From Candidatus Krumholzibacteriota bacterium (lineage in GTDB: Bacteria > Krumholzibacteriota > Krumholzibacteriia > JAJRXK01): a DNA stretch of 64,000 nt. Under the pieces are notes generated by a model. It saw only the letters and a program-made list of their open reading frames with translations. It had not been told where the DNA came from and made no database searches. Made by a program: the position numbers and the translations under genes. The stretch lies in assembly GCA_963764625.1 (NCBI GenBank), contig CAVXTH010000009.1, positions 96,001 through 160,000 of the forward strand. The letters run 5' to 3'. Below are positions 9,131 to 18,819 of this stretch, piece by piece. Position 1 is the first letter of the stretch, and the number at the start of each line of letters is the position of its first letter.

Positions 9131-12100
9131 ATGGCTTTCCGTTTGCCTGGATTCTCGAGAGGTCCAACGGTCCACCGCCTGAGCAACGGGCGATATAGAG
9201 TCGAGATCGACTCTCGCGGCGCGGGTTGCTCGTCCTTGGGAGAGCTGTGCCTCAGCGGGAGTTCGAGCGGGGCGGAAGCCTATCCGAAGGGGCTCTTTCT
9301 CTATCTGCGAGATCTCGACCAGAATCGGGTCTGGTCTGTCGGGCTCGAGCCGGTGTCCGCCTTACCCTCCAAGTACGAGATCGAGAGAAGTTCCAAGCTG
9401 TTCGCGATTTCGCGTACTGATGGCGCAATCCACTCTCGTATGGAGATCTGTGTTGCTCCCAAGCACGATGCTGAACTTCGAAACCTTCGCATCACGAACA
9501 CCGGTGCTCAAACCAGATCGCTGGAATTGACCTCCTATGACGAGGTTGTTCTTCAGTATCCCGCGGACCATGAATCTCACCCGGCATTCTCGAAGCTCTT
9601 TCTCCAGACAGAGTTCGTATCTGAGCAAGCAGCGTTGCTCGTCCGTCGCCGCCCGCGATCACCCAATGAGGATTATCCGTTGTTGGTGCACGCCCTTTTC
9701 GGCAGCGATGTGCACGAATACGAGTCGGATCGCGCGCGCTTCTTGGGGCGCCGTCGTTACCCGGCCGAGGCCCGCGCTCTTCGAACATCTAATGCTCTGT
9801 CGGCGAGCACGGGCAACGTTCTCGATCCCATCGTATCTCTGCGAACGCGGTTTCGGTTGAAAGCGGGAGAGAGTATTGAGATCTGTCTGTTGCTGGGCGC
9901 CGCGTCGAACCGGGAGGATGCGCTGGCCCTGCGGGATGTCCATGCCTCGACCCAAGTCCGCGAGGCGATCTTCGAGGAAGCGCGCTCCGAGCCAATGGCG
10001 AGAGAGACCCTGCTTGACGTGAGTTTGCCATCTGGGGATGGGAGCCAAAAACAGGGCCACCCGGCATCCACCGGAACTCATCAGCCAGCCGCGGAAGATA
10101 ACGGCGACGATGAAGAGCCCCTCCTCTTCTTCAACGGTTACGGTGGTTTCAGCGAGAGCGGAAGTGAATATGTGATTCGTCTCCCGTGGCGGCATGGGGA
10201 GGGTCTGCTGTATCCACCGCAGCCCTGGATCAATATCCTGTCGAACGAGAATTTCGGGTCACTGCTCAGCGAATCTGGGGCGGGGTATACCTGGGCAGGC
10301 AACAGCCGTCTTCGAAGGCTAACCCCTTGGCGGAACGACCCGGTCGTGGATCCCCACAGCGAAGTCTTCTATGTTCGGGACGAGGACGACGGATCGTATG
10401 GATCGCCATTTCCCGGTCCCGTGCCGTTTCCTGCTTCTTACGAGGTGCGCCACGGATTCGGATACACGCTCTGCCGCGTGCGACACGATGGGATGCAGTA
10501 CGAGACGACTGCGTTCGTTGCCAGGAAGGATCCAGTGCGCTTTGTGCGGATCCGGGTGAGTAATGGTACTGAACGCACGAGGCATCTCTCCCTGCTCGGA
10601 TACTGCCAGCTCGTCATGGGTGATACCCTTGCTGGACAAGGCCGCCACGTATCGGTCGAAACCAGCGGTGTTGAGGGTCGACTCTTTGCTCAAGGCGCCT
10701 GCGATGCGGGCGAGCTCCCATTATATGCCTTCGCTGATCTTGTCGTGGATTCTCCCGATGTGAAGATCAGCGCCACCGCAGACCATCAGGCCTGCTTTGC
10801 GCAGCAGGTCTCCTTCGAACTCGAGAAGGGGGCAAGTGCCACAGTAGTTTTCATTCTGGGTGGAGGCGCAGACAAGAAGGAACTCGATACTCTGAGTGAT
10901 CGATATTCCACATTGACCGAAGTGGACGCTGCGCAAGAGGAGGTTCGATCGTTCTGGAAACAGCAACTCTCAACGGTCCGTATCTCCACTCCTTCGCCCG
11001 AACTCGACCTCATGATCAACGGTTGGCTTCCCTACCAGACTCTGAGCTGCAGACTGTGGGCCCGTTCCGCCCTCTATCAATCGGGAGGTGCGTTCGGTTT
11101 CCGAGACCAGCTGCAGGACGCCTCGTCGCTGACGCATGTCGCGCCTGAAGTCTCGAGGGCGCAAATTCTGCTGCACGCGACTCACCAGTTTCTCGAGGGT
11201 GATGTGCTGCACTGGTGGCATCCGCCGCATGATCGAGGAATTCGTACCCATTTCGTGGACGATCTGATCTGGCTACCTCACTTGAGCGCGCATTATGTCG
11301 AAACCACTGGCGACGCGGGAATCCTGACCGAGGAAATCCCCTTTCTTAGCGGACCCGCCGTGCCGGAGGGAGAGGATGAAATTTATATCAGTCCCGAGCC
11401 CTCCGGGAGCAGCGCGGATCTGTACGAACACTGCTGTCGTGCACTGGATCGATCCCTGGCAACTGGTCCACACGGACTTCCTCTGTTCGGGACAGGGGAT
11501 TGGAACGATGGCATGAACCGCGTGGGCCGGCTTGGGCGAGGTGAAAGTACCTGGATGGGATTCTTCCTCTACCTCACTCTTGGTCAGTTCCTGCGCTACT
11601 GTGAGCAGAGAGGGGACACGACCCGCGTACGCGAGTATCGCCGGCACCGGGATCAACTGCTGGGAGCCCTCAACGAGGGGGGCTGGGATGGAGAATGGTA
11701 TCGCCGCGGATTCTACGACGATGGCACTCCGCTGGGGTCGGCGAAGAGCGAAGAATGCCGGATCGATGGTCTGGCGCAAGCGTGGTCTGTTCTCTCCGGG
11801 GTGGCTCCCCCCGAGCGGGCGGAGCAAGCTCTCCAAGCGGCGGATGCGCTGCTCGTATCCGAGGAAGACGGACTGATCCGGCTGCTGACTCCGCCCTTCG
11901 CCGAGACTTCGCATGATCCCGGGTACATCAAGGGCTATGTCCTTGGAGTTCGCGAGAATGGGGGCCAGTACACCCATGCAGCTCTCTGGTTGGTGAGTGC
12001 CATGGCACGCCTCAAGAAGCGAGATCGGGTCGCTTGTCTTCTCGATCTCCTCAATCCAATCCAGCACGCGCTCACACCCGAGCAGGTTGACTTGTACCGA

Positions 12101-12493
12101 GTGGAGCCCTATGTCGTGGCCGCCGACATCTACGGCGCGGCGCCCCATGTTGGTAGGGGAGGGTGGAGCTGGTACACAGGTTCGTCGGGTTGGATGTCGC
12201 GGGTGATACTGGAGTCGCTCTTGGGACTGAGAATCATTGGAGGCAAATCACTGCACGTGGACCCATGCATTCCCGATGATTGGCCGGGATTCACCATCGA
12301 GTACCGTCCTCTGGGCGGCACGACCCGCTACTCGATCGAAGTGGAAAACCCTATGGGCACGGCCGAGATTCTGCATGAGGTCTGGATGGACGGTACGCTT
12401 CTCTTCCGATCGGTGGAGGCTTGTCGGATCCCTCTGCTGAGTGATGGCGGCTTGCATTCGGTGCGCATCGAGATGGGGCCTGCCAGCGCCTGA
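9131..12493 (+). CDS. GH94 glycoside phosphorylase resembling the C-terminal phosphorylase region of cyclic beta-1,2-glucan synthase
   Basis: Two tandem GH94 N-terminal beta-sandwich modules, then YQSGGAFGFRDQLQD, GTGDWNDGMN, RENGGQYTHA and GRGGWSWYTGS. No signal peptide. GGAG precedes the ATG at 9131. Confidence 0.9.
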   Translation: MAFRLPGFSRGPTVHRLSNGRYRVEIDSRGAGCSSLGELCLSGSSSGAEAYPKGLFLYLRDLDQNRVWSVGLEPVSALPSKYEIERSSKLFAISRTDGAIHSRMEICVAPKHDAELRNLRITNTGAQTRSLELTSYDEVVLQYPADHESHPAFSKLFLQTEFVSEQAALLVRRRPRSPNEDYPLLVHALFGSDVHEYESDRARFLGRRRYPAEARALRTSNALSASTGNVLDPIVSLRTRFRLKAGESIEICLLLGAASNREDALALRDVHASTQVREAIFEEARSEPMARETLLDVSLPSGDGSQKQGHPASTGTHQPAAEDNGDDEEPLLFFNGYGGFSESGSEYVIRLPWRHGEGLLYPPQPWINILSNENFGSLLSESGAGYTWAGNSRLRRLTPWRNDPVVDPHSEVFYVRDEDDGSYGSPFPGPVPFPASYEVRHGFGYTLCRVRHDGMQYETTAFVARKDPVRFVRIRVSNGTERTRHLSLLGYCQLVMGDTLAGQGRHVSVETSGVEGRLFAQGACDAGELPLYAFADLVVDSPDVKISATADHQACFAQQVSFELEKGASATVVFILGGGADKKELDTLSDRYSTLTEVDAAQEEVRSFWKQQLSTVRISTPSPELDLMINGWLPYQTLSCRLWARSALYQSGGAFGFRDQLQDASSLTHVAPEVSRAQILLHATHQFLEGDVLHWWHPPHDRGIRTHFVDDLIWLPHLSAHYVETTGDAGILTEEIPFLSGPAVPEGEDEIYISPEPSGSSADLYEHCCRALDRSLATGPHGLPLFGTGDWNDGMNRVGRLGRGESTWMGFFLYLTLGQFLRYCEQRGDTTRVREYRRHRDQLLGALNEGGWDGEWYRRGFYDDGTPLGSAKSEECRIDGLAQAWSVLSGVAPPERAEQALQAADALLVSEEDGLIRLLTPPFAETSHDPGYIKGYVLGVRENGGQYTHAALWLVSAMARLKKRDRVACLLDLLNPIQHALTPEQVDLYRVEPYVVAADIYGAAPHVGRGGWSWYTGSSGWMSRVILESLLGLRIIGGKSLHVDPCIPDDWPGFTIEYRPLGGTTRYSIEVENPMGTAEILHEVWMDGTLLFRSVEACRIPLLSDGGLHSVRIEMGPASA

Positions 12494-12558
12494 CTCTCGT
12501 TCGCGGGGTTGGGAAGATCGGTGTGAACAGTTTGAGTCCAGCGTGGGCGCGTGTGATC

Positions 12559-14088
12559 TCACCGATCGGAAGTAGCTTCCTCCAGCCAGCCACCGCTGAA
12601 GCCCGCGGCGCGCAAGCCGTGAATCAACTGTGAGTTCTTGCGCAGCAACCGCCAGATGAGGCCGCTGCGATAGTTCTCCACCATGATCAAGATCGGTCCC
12701 TCATCGATACCGAGATAGTCGACATCGATCCAACCGTACCGTGGATCGACCCTTCCGTGTTGAACATGGGTGTGAAACCGGAAGCTCGGATTGAATGCAT
12801 CCAGGAAACCATACTCCGAGAACAGGGACCCGTCATGAACATTCCTCAGATCCAAGAGGGTGGGAATGACGATCTCCGGCGCGAAGGCGATGGAGGCCGC
12901 GGCGGCCGAAGGAGAAATCGTACCATCATCACGAATGTCGGTGAATGAGACACCACGAGCCCAGTAGGTGTGGAACTGCCTCTCCTGGCCGGCCACGGTT
13001 CCCTTGAATTCCAACGGACCATCGCACGCCGTCCACCCCCAGCAGAGAGCGCCGTATCCATCCCAAGCTTCCGGATTTTCGATGCCGTACTTTTGCTGCG
13101 CGTAAGTCGCTCGTCGCGAGTTTTCGAAATAGTCGATTCCCCGCCCTCGCATGTACTCGTCTTGGATTCCTCTCAGATCGATCCAGCACTGAGTGTACTG
13201 ATGTCCAAAGAGTGGGGGGAATCCGAGGTGCTCCTCGCCTTGGAATGTTCCCCAGCGATAGCCGGAGGTCCAAGCCGACCAGGCCTGCGGTGAAACGGGG
13301 TGGCTTGGGGAGCCCAATGCGAGGAGATAGAGCAGCATGGCTTCGTTGTAGCCGCGCCAGTCATAGGGGAGGTACCCGTTCTCGGGCGTCCATCCGTGAC
13401 CGATGGTAGGAGGACGAACCGATGCCCACTGCCAATCCACGCGCTCATAGAGGTGAGTGGCGAGGGTTCTGATGCTGTCCTCTGCCGCGCTATTTCCGTC
13501 GAAGTAGGCCTGGCAGCTCAGTGCTCCGGCCACAAGAAGTGCAGTGTCTACTGTCGAGAGCTCCACTTTCTCGAATCGAGTCCCGGTAGCGGGATCCAGG
13601 AAGTGGTAGTAGAAACCACGATAGCCCGTACTTGATTGTGATGAATCCTGGGAGGATTCCCAGAAGAAGCGCAATGTGTTCAGGGCTCTCCGCGCGGCTC
13701 GTTCGCGAGAAACGTATCCCCGGTGGACCCCGATTGGATAGGCGGTCAGCGCGAACCCGGTGGCGGCCACGCTGGCAAAGGAGTGAGTCGGCCAGCGATC
13801 CGGGGTCAGACCGGTCTTGGAGTCACTGAGCTCCCAGAAATAACGGAAGGTCCGTTCTTCCAGGGAATCGAGAAAGGCAACGCTAGCGCTGGAGAGATCC
13901 ATCCCCCGCTCGGAGGCGGTCCTCCCCGCGAAGGATTTGTCTGAGCTGCCTACATTCGAACAGGCAGTGGGGATGATTCCAAGGAGAAGTGCTGAGAGGG
14001 CCATCCCTGCCCAGAACCTCGAACTGCGCTGTGGTCTCCTGGATGACATTTCCTGTACCTTTTTCGCAGGAAGCGGACTCATCGCCAC
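12559..14088 (-). CDS. GH144-like endo-beta-1,2-glucanase ('glucoamylase family'/DUF3131-type) lipoprotein
   Basis: Motifs SVAATGFAL, GFYYHFLD, ELSTVDTALL, YNEAMLLYLLALGSP, PLFGHQY, WGWTACDGP, YGFLDAFN and GIDEGPI; lipobox-like PTAC. Confidence 0.85.
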   Translation of the reverse strand: MAMSPLPAKKVQEMSSRRPQRSSRFWAGMALSALLLGIIPTACSNVGSSDKSFAGRTASERGMDLSSASVAFLDSLEERTFRYFWELSDSKTGLTPDRWPTHSFASVAATGFALTAYPIGVHRGYVSRERAARRALNTLRFFWESSQDSSQSSTGYRGFYYHFLDPATGTRFEKVELSTVDTALLVAGALSCQAYFDGNSAAEDSIRTLATHLYERVDWQWASVRPPTIGHGWTPENGYLPYDWRGYNEAMLLYLLALGSPSHPVSPQAWSAWTSGYRWGTFQGEEHLGFPPLFGHQYTQCWIDLRGIQDEYMRGRGIDYFENSRRATYAQQKYGIENPEAWDGYGALCWGWTACDGPLEFKGTVAGQERQFHTYWARGVSFTDIRDDGTISPSAAAASIAFAPEIVIPTLLDLRNVHDGSLFSEYGFLDAFNPSFRFHTHVQHGRVDPRYGWIDVDYLGIDEGPILIMVENYRSGLIWRLLRKNSQLIHGLRAAGFSGGWLEEATSDR

Positions 14089-14191
14089 GCTGAGGGTAGA
14101 GGCAGACTCCCGCCTTGTATATAGCCCGCGTCGTGTTTATCGAGGGAGCTTGATAGGAGAACCTGGGGCCTCTATCCTACCTCTGGGAACC

Positions 14192-15127
14192 ATGAAACGT
14201 TTTCGACTCATTCGCTATGCCTTCTATGTGCTCGTGATCGCGGTTCTCTTTCTTTTGAGGGGAACGAGTCACCTGGAGGTTTGGAAGAACCACCTATTTG
14301 GGCCGGTGAAAAACGATCTCGTGCTATCAGGTACCGAATTGGCGCCCGAACTGATTCAGCACCTCACGACGAGCTATCGTCGGGACTATCCGGAAATCAA
14401 CCTGGAATTGCGAGGGGGAGGAAGCGCTCGCGCTCTGGACGATCTGCTCCATGGCGATGCTGATGTCGCATTCCTCATCCGCCCCCCTCTCCCTCGCGAG
14501 CAAGAGATCTTTCGCGCCGCGACCGGAGATAGCGTCGACTACCAGGCGATCGCGCTGGGTGGTATCGCGTTGCTGAGAAACAGCGCATCCCAGCCCACCC
14601 ACCTGGGCCCGCAGGATTTGCGGACGCTACTGGGCGGCCAAAGTACTCCAGGATCTTTCCGCCGTGTCTACGCGCCCGATCCCAATTCGGGGCTCTGGAC
14701 CGCATTCGAGGATCAACTGTATGAGGGCGGCAAGGCCCCCGAATGGAAGGGAAAGGTAGAATTTCTCGCCGATGAAGAGAGTGTGGTCGAGGCGATCCTG
14801 AATGATCCGGAGGCGGTGGGTGTAGTGAGTACGCTCAACACACATCTCGCGGATCTGCCCGAAGGAATCGGAACCATTTCCCTGCGCGTCGACGCCGAAG
14901 GGCCGAATCGAGAGCCTCTGCGTGAAGAAATCGCTGACGGATCGTATCCGTTCTATCATTATCTCTACGCCGGTCTCCGCGGGGATGGCAATGTTCAGGC
15001 GAGAAAGTTCCTCAGTTATCTCAGCAGTGATTCCGGGCAGCGTGGAGTCGAGCGCGCGGGGTATCTCCCGCAACGCCGGGTACTACGTGAGGTCCATCTC
15101 TCGAGGAAAGCAATTGGCGAGGAATGA
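14192..15127 (+). CDS. PstS-like (PBP type 2) substrate-binding protein with an N-terminal membrane anchor
   Basis: RGGGSARALDDLLHGDADVAF, IALGGIAL and IADGSYPF..YLY resemble the PstS family. No pstCAB genes nearby. Confidence 0.7.
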   Translation: MKRFRLIRYAFYVLVIAVLFLLRGTSHLEVWKNHLFGPVKNDLVLSGTELAPELIQHLTTSYRRDYPEINLELRGGGSARALDDLLHGDADVAFLIRPPLPREQEIFRAATGDSVDYQAIALGGIALLRNSASQPTHLGPQDLRTLLGGQSTPGSFRRVYAPDPNSGLWTAFEDQLYEGGKAPEWKGKVEFLADEESVVEAILNDPEAVGVVSTLNTHLADLPEGIGTISLRVDAEGPNREPLREEIADGSYPFYHYLYAGLRGDGNVQARKFLSYLSSDSGQRGVERAGYLPQRRVLREVHLSRKAIGEE

Positions 15128-15128
15128 T

Positions 15129-16943
15129 ATGAACACCCGTATTTCAGTCCTGATCCTCGTAATCCTGTGCTGGGTCCTGCCCAGCAAGGTGCTCGCCCAG
15201 AAGCACAATTACACTTTCGACGAGGACCCTGTTCGTCTGGGTGGAAAGGCACTTCAGAAGGGTGAACTCCAAAAGGCGAAGGAGTACTTCGAGGCTGCAC
15301 TTAAGTCTGAGTACCATCCCGACCAAGCACACTATGGGCTGGCAAAGGTAGCGGTCTGGCAAGGACGCTACGAAGACGCCGAGCCTCATTTGCGGATAGC
15401 CTTGGAGCTTCATCAGACGCAAGAACATGGAGATTACCCAGAGGCAAGGGCAGCTCTCGCATTGCTTCTGCTGCGTTTCGGGCGCGATGAGGAAGCAGAG
15501 GGCGAATTGAAAGCGGCGCTGAAAGAGAAACCTGATCTCTGGGATGCGCAGTATTGCCTGGCGCGCCTTTCACTCAAACGCAAGGACTGGAACAGAGCGC
15601 TGAAGGAGTTGGAAAATGGCGCCAAGCTGAAGGGTGTTCAGGAAGGCGAAGACAAATACCACTTCGGAATGGCGCTCTACTCGATGGCAAAGAACGATCT
15701 GGACTCCGCGGAGAAGGATGCTCTGACCGCTTTCCACTTGAATCCCGCCGACCCCGAGTACGGAGTACTCGTGGGGGAAATCTACCAAAAGAAAAAAGTG
15801 CCTACGCTAGCGATTTCGGCATTCGAGACGGTCCTCAAAAGCCCGGAAGTTCACAAGACCGCGCCGATGCTCCATACCCTGGGTGGCCTCTATCGTAGTG
15901 TGGGTCGCTACGAGGAAGCGCGAGACAGTTACCTGGAGGCCGCTCGAGTCGATTCCACTTACGCGCCTGCCCTGAAAGATCTCGCCGATCTGTTCTACTC
16001 CGCGAAACAATACGACAACGCGGCCAAGACCTATCTCAGGTATGTGATGCTGGAACACGACGACCCGAAGGCCCTGTTGGCCCTTTCAGAGGCTTGCTAC
16101 CTCACGGCTCGTTTCGACCAGGCCGCGGAAGCAGCGGGGAACGCGTTGAAACTGAATCCTCAGGATCAGAAGGCCAAGTACGCATTCTTCAAGTCGGGGA
16201 TCCAGAGCCGCAATCCTGACACCAAGGCGCAGGCGGCAAAACTGTGGCCAGAACTCCGCGGTACGAAGGTGGAAGCCCCCGTGCTCGTCGCCCTGGGGGC
16301 GTATCAATCGCAGACAGGACAGTTCGCGCAAGCCCAGGCCACATTGGAATCCGCGCTAGCTGCCGAACCCCAACGGGCGGATGCCCACTTCCAATTGGGA
16401 GTGCTGGCCCTCAAAGTTCGCAAACCTCTCGAGGCCATCGCCCAGTTCGAGGCTGCGATCAAAAAAGAGCCCGACCAGCCGATCTATCACCTGAATCTGG
16501 GAATCGCCCACTTTCAGGCCAACCAGCTTCAGGAAGCCATCCCACCCATTCGAAGAGCTCTCGCCCTGAACGGCAAACTGACGGTCGGACGACTTCTACT
16601 GGCGCAGGCTCTTGCCGCCAGCGATTCGCTCGAGGAGGCGCAGGCGGAGTTCGGGCGGGTGCTGGACGCTGAACCCCAGAATCCCAAGGCCTTGCGTGGT
16701 CTGGGATACTGCCAAATACGCGCGAAGGACTTCAAGAAGGCCATCGCCACCTATGAAGCCGCCACTCGGGCCGACCCCAAGAGTGCCGATGGCTGGGCTG
16801 GTCTCGGCAACGCCCAGCTCAGCTTGCAACACTGGGATGCGGCCGAGGCGGCCTTTGAGAAATCACGAAAATTGGATCCCCGGAATGCAACCATGCTGAA
16901 GGGGGTGGAGCTGTTGAACGAAGCGCGCCCCCAGAACCACTAG
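15129..16943 (+). CDS. Secreted tetratricopeptide-repeat protein
   Basis: Signal peptide followed by many TPR-like repeats (e.g. AHFQLGVLALK, YHLNLGIAHFQ, GWAGLGNAQL). Confidence 0.9.
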   Translation: MNTRISVLILVILCWVLPSKVLAQKHNYTFDEDPVRLGGKALQKGELQKAKEYFEAALKSEYHPDQAHYGLAKVAVWQGRYEDAEPHLRIALELHQTQEHGDYPEARAALALLLLRFGRDEEAEGELKAALKEKPDLWDAQYCLARLSLKRKDWNRALKELENGAKLKGVQEGEDKYHFGMALYSMAKNDLDSAEKDALTAFHLNPADPEYGVLVGEIYQKKKVPTLAISAFETVLKSPEVHKTAPMLHTLGGLYRSVGRYEEARDSYLEAARVDSTYAPALKDLADLFYSAKQYDNAAKTYLRYVMLEHDDPKALLALSEACYLTARFDQAAEAAGNALKLNPQDQKAKYAFFKSGIQSRNPDTKAQAAKLWPELRGTKVEAPVLVALGAYQSQTGQFAQAQATLESALAAEPQRADAHFQLGVLALKVRKPLEAIAQFEAAIKKEPDQPIYHLNLGIAHFQANQLQEAIPPIRRALALNGKLTVGRLLLAQALAASDSLEEAQAEFGRVLDAEPQNPKALRGLGYCQIRAKDFKKAIATYEAATRADPKSADGWAGLGNAQLSLQHWDAAEAAFEKSRKLDPRNATMLKGVELLNEARPQNH

Positions 16944-16988
16944 GCTCATCTGCTCCAGGACTATCCTGTGGTTCTTGAGCGGGATGGG

Positions 16989-17017
16989 TTGACGCAGAAG
17001 GAAAACGGTTACATTCT
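16989..17017 (+). promoter_or_regulatory. Putative sigma70 promoter with an overlapping LacI-like site upstream of exbB
   Basis: TTGACG-N17-CATTCT. GGAAAACGGTTACA (17000-17013) matches 12/14 of TGTAAACNGTTRCA. Confidence 0.45.
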
Positions 17018-17148
17018 CGAATCCAGCCTGGGCGAGGTGCCAGCCTCTCGTGGCGCGGCCAGAGAGAGCGGCTGGCAACACTGAGACAGTAAGGAACCGG
17101 CATCCGGTCCAAGGGCGGACGTCGTCAACGAAAGGCAAAGTACCAGGA

Positions 17149-17865
17149 ATGAAGAACTATGTACTCGTGCCCATCTTCATCCTCTCCATCGTCGTATCTT
17201 GGTACATTTGGACCAATACGCCCGCGTACATCAAACAAGGTGGCCCTCTTCTGATCCTGGGCCTCTCCTGTCTATTCCTAGTCCTGACCTTTGCCGTGGA
17301 GCGATTTATCGTCCTGTGGCGAGCTGGCGGCAGAGGAGGGGTCCAGACCTTCATCCGGAACCTCAAGGAATCCGTGCATTCGGGAAAGATCGGAGACGCG
17401 GTCGAAGCTTGTAAGAAGCAGGGGGGAAGCCTGGCCAACGTCGTGGGCGCGGGGCTGGATCGCTATCAAAGGGTGGCCGGCAATGGAAACAAGCCCAAGG
17501 AAACCCTGGAAGAGACCCGGCGTGCCATTCGCGAGGCGAACGCACTGGAGAGCCCACATCTCGAACGAAACCTGACCGCACTTTCCACCATCGCATCCAT
17601 CGCGACTTTGCTGGGTCTCTTGGGAACCACCATCGGGATGATACGTGCATTCCAGGCCATGTCCCACGCGGGCGCTCCTGATGCCACGCAGCTCGCCCTG
17701 GGTATCTCCGAGGCCCTGGTGAACACGGCACTCGGCCTGGTTACCGCGATCATCGGGACGGTCCTCTTCAACTACTTCACCACTCGAGTGGACGATTTCA
17801 ATAACACCATGGAAGAAACCTCCTATGAGGTACTGCAGCTGCTGGAGCTGAGAGAGGAATCGTAA
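17149..17865 (+). CDS. exbB: MotA/TolQ/ExbB proton channel protein
   Basis: LSTIASIATLLGLLGTTIGMIRAF and GISEALVNTALGL. Confidence 0.92.
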   Translation: MKNYVLVPIFILSIVVSWYIWTNTPAYIKQGGPLLILGLSCLFLVLTFAVERFIVLWRAGGRGGVQTFIRNLKESVHSGKIGDAVEACKKQGGSLANVVGAGLDRYQRVAGNGNKPKETLEETRRAIREANALESPHLERNLTALSTIASIATLLGLLGTTIGMIRAFQAMSHAGAPDATQLALGISEALVNTALGLVTAIIGTVLFNYFTTRVDDFNNTMEETSYEVLQLLELREES

Positions 17866-17868
17866 GTC

Positions 17869-18306
17869 GTGGCGCGACGCATTCCCGTACGCATCGACAT
17901 GACCCCCATGGTGGACGTGGCATTCCTGCTCCTGATTTTTTTCATGTCCACCACGCAGTTCAAGCCACCCGAGCAAATCGCGGTTCGGCTGCCAGCTTCG
18001 ACTTCCAAGCTGATGGTTCCAGAGACGAACACGATCATTCTGACCGTCACGAAGGAGGGGGGCTTCTATATTTCGAGTGAGAATGCCGCGGATACGCAGG
18101 AAGTCGCCCCCGACGATCTCCAGAACGCCATCATGGCATGGCGCAGTCAAAATCCCAACGCGGTCGTGATCCTCAAAGGAGATCGCGATGCCTCTTTCGG
18201 GCCCATAGCCGATTTGATGGATGCGCTAGCCGAGTCGAAGACCCTCCGCTTCAATCTGATGACGGATTTGAAGCGCGATAAAGAGCCGACCGATCAGGTG
18301 AAATAG
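17869..18306 (+). CDS. exbD: ExbD/TolR biopolymer transport protein
   Basis: IDMTPMVDVAFLLLIFFM with the conserved transmembrane Asp; C-terminal LKGDRDA. Confidence 0.92.
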   Translation: MARRIPVRIDMTPMVDVAFLLLIFFMSTTQFKPPEQIAVRLPASTSKLMVPETNTIILTVTKEGGFYISSENAADTQEVAPDDLQNAIMAWRSQNPNAVVILKGDRDASFGPIADLMDALAESKTLRFNLMTDLKRDKEPTDQVK

Positions 18307-18318
18307 GGAGTCCCGACG

Positions 18319-18819
18319 ATGGCAGAGATTCAAACAGTTGATCGCAAAAAAGCGGAATCCCCGGAGGATCCGGGATTGGGTCGCCGGAAAAAGAGGGTCG
18401 GAATTAGGATCGATATGACGCCGATGGTCGATATCGCGTTTCTCCTGCTGATATTCTTCATGGTTACCACCGTTTTCCGTCGGCCTCTCGCAATGGAGGT
18501 AAATCTTCCAGAGTCGGGGGCCACGGTCATGGTGCCCGAGTCGAATGTCATGACTCTCTATGTCAACGCCGAGGAGCAACTCTTTTACAAGTTGGGAAAA
18601 GGCGAGCTCAGTTCGGTTCCCTGGGAAGATCTGGATCCTCTGTTCCGACAGAGTCTGGAACAAAATCCGGCGCTCATCGTTTTGGTGAAGATCAGTCGGG
18701 CTGCGCGCTATGAGCGCATGGTGGACATGATGGATACACTCGACGACGCTCACATGGAGCGATTCAGTTTGGTCCCCATGGCTCCTGGTGACGCCGAGAT
18801 CTTGGAAGGAAAGAAATGA
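18319..18819 (+). CDS. exbD: Second ExbD/TolR protein
   Basis: IDMTPMVDIAFLLLIFFMVTT. Confidence 0.92.
   Translation: MAEIQTVDRKKAESPEDPGLGRRKKRVGIRIDMTPMVDIAFLLLIFFMVTTVFRRPLAMEVNLPESGATVMVPESNVMTLYVNAEEQLFYKLGKGELSSVPWEDLDPLFRQSLEQNPALIVLVKISRAARYERMVDMMDTLDDAHMERFSLVPMAPGDAEILEGKK

Noticed and set aside
12522-12535. TGTGAACAGTTTGA as a fourth LacI operator
   Set aside because: Only 11/14 match, and it lies between two convergent 3' ends with no promoter to control
12559-14088. Starch-degrading glucoamylase
   Set aside because: The motifs fit the GH144/DUF3131 type rather than GH15, and the neighbouring GH94 points to beta-glucan
14192-15127. Calling this gene pstS of a phosphate transporter
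   Set aside because: No pstC, pstA, pstB or phoU nearby, and the sequence is divergent with a membrane anchor
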